A stretch of DNA of 37,108 bases from Sphaeroforma arctica JP610 (taxonomy: Eukaryota). The notes beneath the pieces are model-generated. The model saw only the letters and a program-made list of their open reading frames with translations, was not told where the DNA came from and did not search any database. The DNA lies in the NCBI RefSeq assembly GCF_001186125.1, contig NW_014040532.1, positions 147,662-184,769 of the forward strand. The letters are read 5' to 3'. Positions 35,936 through 37,108 of the stretch are shown here, piece by piece. Both the position numbers and the translations under genes were made by a program. How positions within the stretch are numbered: the stretch's first letter is position 1; the number at the start of each line of letters is the position of its first letter.

Positions 35936-36190
35936 CTGGGTCCGGATCCAAATATTCATGATATTAGAGTCATCAGAAATATTAGCGCTAGACCGGTAAG
36001 ATAAACCGGAACCACGCGTGTGAGGAAAATACTCAAGTACAAACCTGAGATTAGCGAAATATAAAGTAAGAATAGGGCTCAGTTCGGTTCTCGCAGACGA
36101 GGGACTTTTCCTAGCTGAGATAACCGTACTTGAGAAGATGTATATTGTTTCATTTAGTCGTACCCTTTCAGTTACTCTCCATACTCCACA
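35865..36190 (-). repeat. LTR-like repeat plus PBS-like TGGTCCCAGATGCT, inverted relative to 30014-30340
   Basis: The reverse complement begins TGTGGAGTATGGAGAGTAACTGA, versus TGTAGAGTTTGAGAGTGGCTGA on the left. The distance from the terminal TGT to the TGG is 311 vs 312 bp. Confidence 0.75.
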
Positions 36191-37108
36191 GAATTTGCTG
36201 TAGTCTATTTCTTACGCTTTTCATTCTGTAAAAAGATGTGTATACAACTTCCAGCAGTTACATACTTTTCCGCTGCCACGAAAATACAATTAAGAGTGTA
36301 GAGGATACACAATGCGGGTACTTCATACTGCAATGGAATACTATTCAAACCTTTCATTTCCGAGAATGTAGATTCACGATAAATGCTTGCTGGTCTCTTT
36401 TTTGTAGGGTTGTTTTTGTTTGAACATTTTTTTAATTGTTTTTATTTTTTATTTGTGTAGCTGACAGCAGTTTATTAGACAATTCTTCGAGAAATCCTAG
36501 CATCACTGCTCATATAATCTAAATGTGTTGATTATTTGTCGGTTGACAATCCACTACAGCTAACCAAAACTATCCTAGACCATGCACTTTTTATACGGGA
36601 AAAGATAGCGGGGAAAGATACCTTATTAGGCCACTATATATAGTTGCCATACAGTGTAACTATTTGTCTAGTAGAAATAATCACACAGTGTCAGCTTGGC
36701 GTGACAATATTAATTCAAATAGTGAATATCAACACAGTCTGGTACCTTGCCAAGTATTAGACTGTCCCTCCTGTTACATCCTTTCAGGAAGGTACAGTCA
36801 CTAGCTTCAGCGTCCCTCTTGTCACAGAGGCGCAATAAAAATATAGCTGTTGCTTACACTGTAAATCATATGCGAGGGCAAAAGAATACTCACAATAAGG
36901 TCAACTATGTTACATGTAAAATGAGTCTTGCTATGAACAACATATGTACATGTGATGCTTTTGTGATGTTTGTTTTGTCATCCACTTATTCAAAGTTCTT
37001 TGGAGGAACTCTGAATCAAACGCAAGGAGGTAGCATTTGTTATTGGCCCTTCGCCAATTAGCCACATGACGTTGACAAATTTGTTGCGCAACAATACTTC
37101 GTCATTCG

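Noticed and set aside
30014..36190. Classification as a DIRS element (MTase plus inverted repeats)
   Set aside because: It has an aspartic protease, Gypsy-type RT/RH and an HHCC integrase with GPY module and chromodomain. I saw no tyrosine-recombinase motifs or internal complementary region.

Overview
Eukaryotic genomic DNA with spliceosomal GT-AG introns, long (TA/TG)n tracts and one N gap. The host is probably a unicellular eukaryote; an ichthyosporean-like style is my impression only. The left 21 kb holds four host genes, whose exons I reconstructed by hand: the last exon of a 5-finger C2H2 protein, a 4-exon DTC/2-oxoglutarate-malate-type mitochondrial carrier (-), a 6-exon LUC7 U1 snRNP splicing factor (+) and a 6-exon stand-alone Kelch beta-propeller (+). 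The region from 24.3 to 36.2 kb is a nest of decayed retroelements: a non-LTR RT fragment, a possible LINE endonuclease remnant, and two diverged, oppositely oriented copies of one Ty3/Gypsy family. The main observation is that the longer Gypsy copy has the domain order gag-PR-RT-RNaseH-[Dam-like N6-adenine methyltransferase]-integrase-chromodomain. It therefore places a DIRS-type DNA methyltransferase inside a DDE-integrase chromovirus. Both copies also share an in-frame UGA at the same gag/pro position, a candidate for read-through. The longer copy is bracketed by two ~310-bp LTR-like repeats in inverted orientation. All of this comes from manual translation and alignment; no database searches were run.
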